Under the pieces are notes generated by a model. The model saw nothing but the letters and a program-made list of their open reading frames with translations. It was not told the DNA's origin and did not search any database. A stretch of 63,480 nucleotides of DNA, filler included, from Guillardia theta CCMP2712 (Eukaryota > Protista > Cryptophyta): assembly GCF_000315625.1 (NCBI RefSeq). It is 5 parts of 5 records of this genome, joined end to end, with 100 filler letters (N's around TTAATTAATTAA, not from the genome) between each part and the next. Parts side by side here need not be neighbours in the genome. Positions count along the whole stretch, not along the records: positions 56,575 to 63,480 come from NW_005434213.1; 4 more parts are not named here. One strand, given 5' to 3'. Position 1 is the first letter of the stretch. Every line of letters begins with the position of its first letter. A program made the translations under genes and the position numbers. Shown here piece after piece: positions 61,841 to 63,480 of the stretch.

Positions 61841-63480
61841 TCATCAAGGTCCTCAGAGTCTCTTTCCCGCATTCTTCCTCTACCGTCTTCAGCACCTCCA
61901 CATGCCCATACTCCGCCGCCCAGTGCACCATCGTCTCCTCTGCCCTGTCCTTCGCTCCTACCTCTGCTCCTGCGTGTATCAGCTCCCTCACGCTCCCCGC
62001 CCTCCCCAGCATCCCCGCTACATGCAGCCCTGTCCTCCCGTCCTTCATCCGCTCGTCCATGTCGTATCCGCCCGCCTTCAGCAGCCCGATCAGCTCCCCC
62101 TGTCCTCGTACCACCGCCGTCACTGTCGGCGGCTCCCCGTGCTTGTCCGACCTTGACATCGACAAGCCGTACATCCCGCACAGCCTCTTGCTCTGCTCTC
62201 GTCTGCCGTCATCGCCTGCTGGAGTCCGCGAGCTAATCTCGTACATCAGACCCGCCATCGTCTTCCAGTACACTGACTGCATCGGCTCGCCTGCAAGGGC
62301 TACACATTTAAGGTCTCCCTGGGTGTCTTCGATCCAGTGCCTGAGCTTGTTGATCGCCATGTCCTTGACTCGGTTCGACAGCTCGATCGCCTCCTTGTAT
62401 CTTGACTCGTCGTTGTACCAGCCCGACTCCCTCCCCCTGCTCGCCTCCACCAGCCCCCAGCACTCCCTCACGATCGACCTCACAAGACCCGGATGGTTCT
62501 GTCTAAAAGAGTCGAATGGTGCTGTCCTGAGCCGCTCCTGGATCCTCCCCTCCCACCCCCTCACGTCTCGCTCTACCTCCCTCGCCAGGTTCTCCATCAG
62601 CCCTACGTACAGCTGCTTCCTCTTCCCCACAAAGTCCTCGATCGTCAAGCTCATCGTGTTCGCGTTGATCTTCAGCTCCAGCACCTTCACCCGCCTCCCC
62701 TCTACCTCCCTGTACCGCGGCGTCTTCACCACCTCCAGGTACGACAGCGGCGGATACAACATCTCCCCCTCCCCCGGATACTGAGATACAAACGTCAAGC
62801 TCGCCCCCCGGTCGATCGCCCCGCAGCTGATCTCGAACACCATCGACTCTCCCTCCTCCCCGGCGTACTGCATCGCCGTCCTGACGTCCGTCGTCGTGCT
62901 CAGCAGCCCGTACTCGACTCCTCCGGACACCCCGAGCTCGTCCACGTTGAGGAAGCTCTCCGGCAGCCTCATCCCCTTCAGCCCCCTCCACACCCGCAGC
63001 CCCTCCGGCAGAGGCGTGTGACGAGACAGCTTGACGATGCCGCTGACGATGCAGTGGATGGTCGTCGTGTACTTGTTGGGGACCTTGTTCGAGTCTCGGA
63101 GGAGCTCGTTGGGAGCTCGAAGAACAGAGTTGTACTTGAAGTACATCGGCCCTGTCATAGCAACCCTCTTGTCAGCCATCTCACGCTCCCCTTGCTCCTC
63201 TCTCCTCCCCCATGCTCCTTCTCCCTCTCTCGCTATCTCTCTCTCTTACCTGTGTAGAGCTGCAGCGCGATCAGCTCTGCCTCCTGTAGCCCCGCCTTGA
63301 TCGCCGTGTCCAGCGCCTTCAGCTCCTCCATCCCTCGGATCACCCGCGTCCCGTCCGACAGCCTCCGCCTCCTCTCCGGGTCTGTCACGTTGAGCCACTC
63401 CTCCTTGGCTGTCGTCGTGATGTTGTAGTTGCTCGTTGTGAACGCTTCCTCCGCGTCCTTGCCCTTGATCGTGACGTGCG
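60647..63480 (-). CDS. ADP-ribosyltransferase (R-S-E clade) + ankyrin-repeat protein; 5' end outside the window, 3' repeats disrupted
   Basis: Upstream exon FTTSNY...LQLYT/GPMY (intron about 63153-63250); VWRG, LSTTT, QYPGEGEMLYPP; 35-aa ankyrin repeats; frameshift near 60978 and TAG near 60935. Confidence 0.85.

Noticed and set aside
60946-63300. Long + strand ORFs antisense to the ART-ankyrin gene (likewise those antisense to the channel)
   Set aside because: Shadow ORFs caused by GC-rich codon bias and repeats.

Overview
Eukaryotic, gene-dense draft-assembly DNA with many short GT-AG introns, microsatellites and N-gaps carrying a TTAATTAATTAA spacer. Signal peptide + 'AF' bipartite plastid presequences, an RWP-RK gene and flagellar/centriolar genes point to an alga with a complex red plastid; my inference is a cryptophyte such as Guillardia theta. 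Recognisable housekeeping genes: Kae1/OSGEP, a DUF167 protein, an LPAT, a Kelch protein, EME1-like, plastid Asd, RsmE-like, CDK8-like, CFAP77-like and CEP295-like. Unusual content: (1) an R-S-E ADP-ribosyltransferase fused to about 12 near-identical 35-aa ankyrin repeats that vary mainly at binding-surface positions, upstream of a tyrosine-kinase-like + RING module, suggesting a partly decayed variable receptor/effector; (2) a Crinkler-like protein (hydrophobic leader, repeats, NTPase, PD-(D/E)xK nuclease) next to a 28-bp minisatellite; (3) an apparently concatenated two-repeat Shaker/CNBD-ankyrin channel with non-canonical selectivity filters; (4) a plastid-targeted GST-HIT fusion; (5) a scrambled array of 5'-truncated RLE-type non-LTR retrotransposon pieces sharing one 3' end. 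Exon boundaries were read by eye and are approximate, and family assignments come from motif recognition, not database searches.
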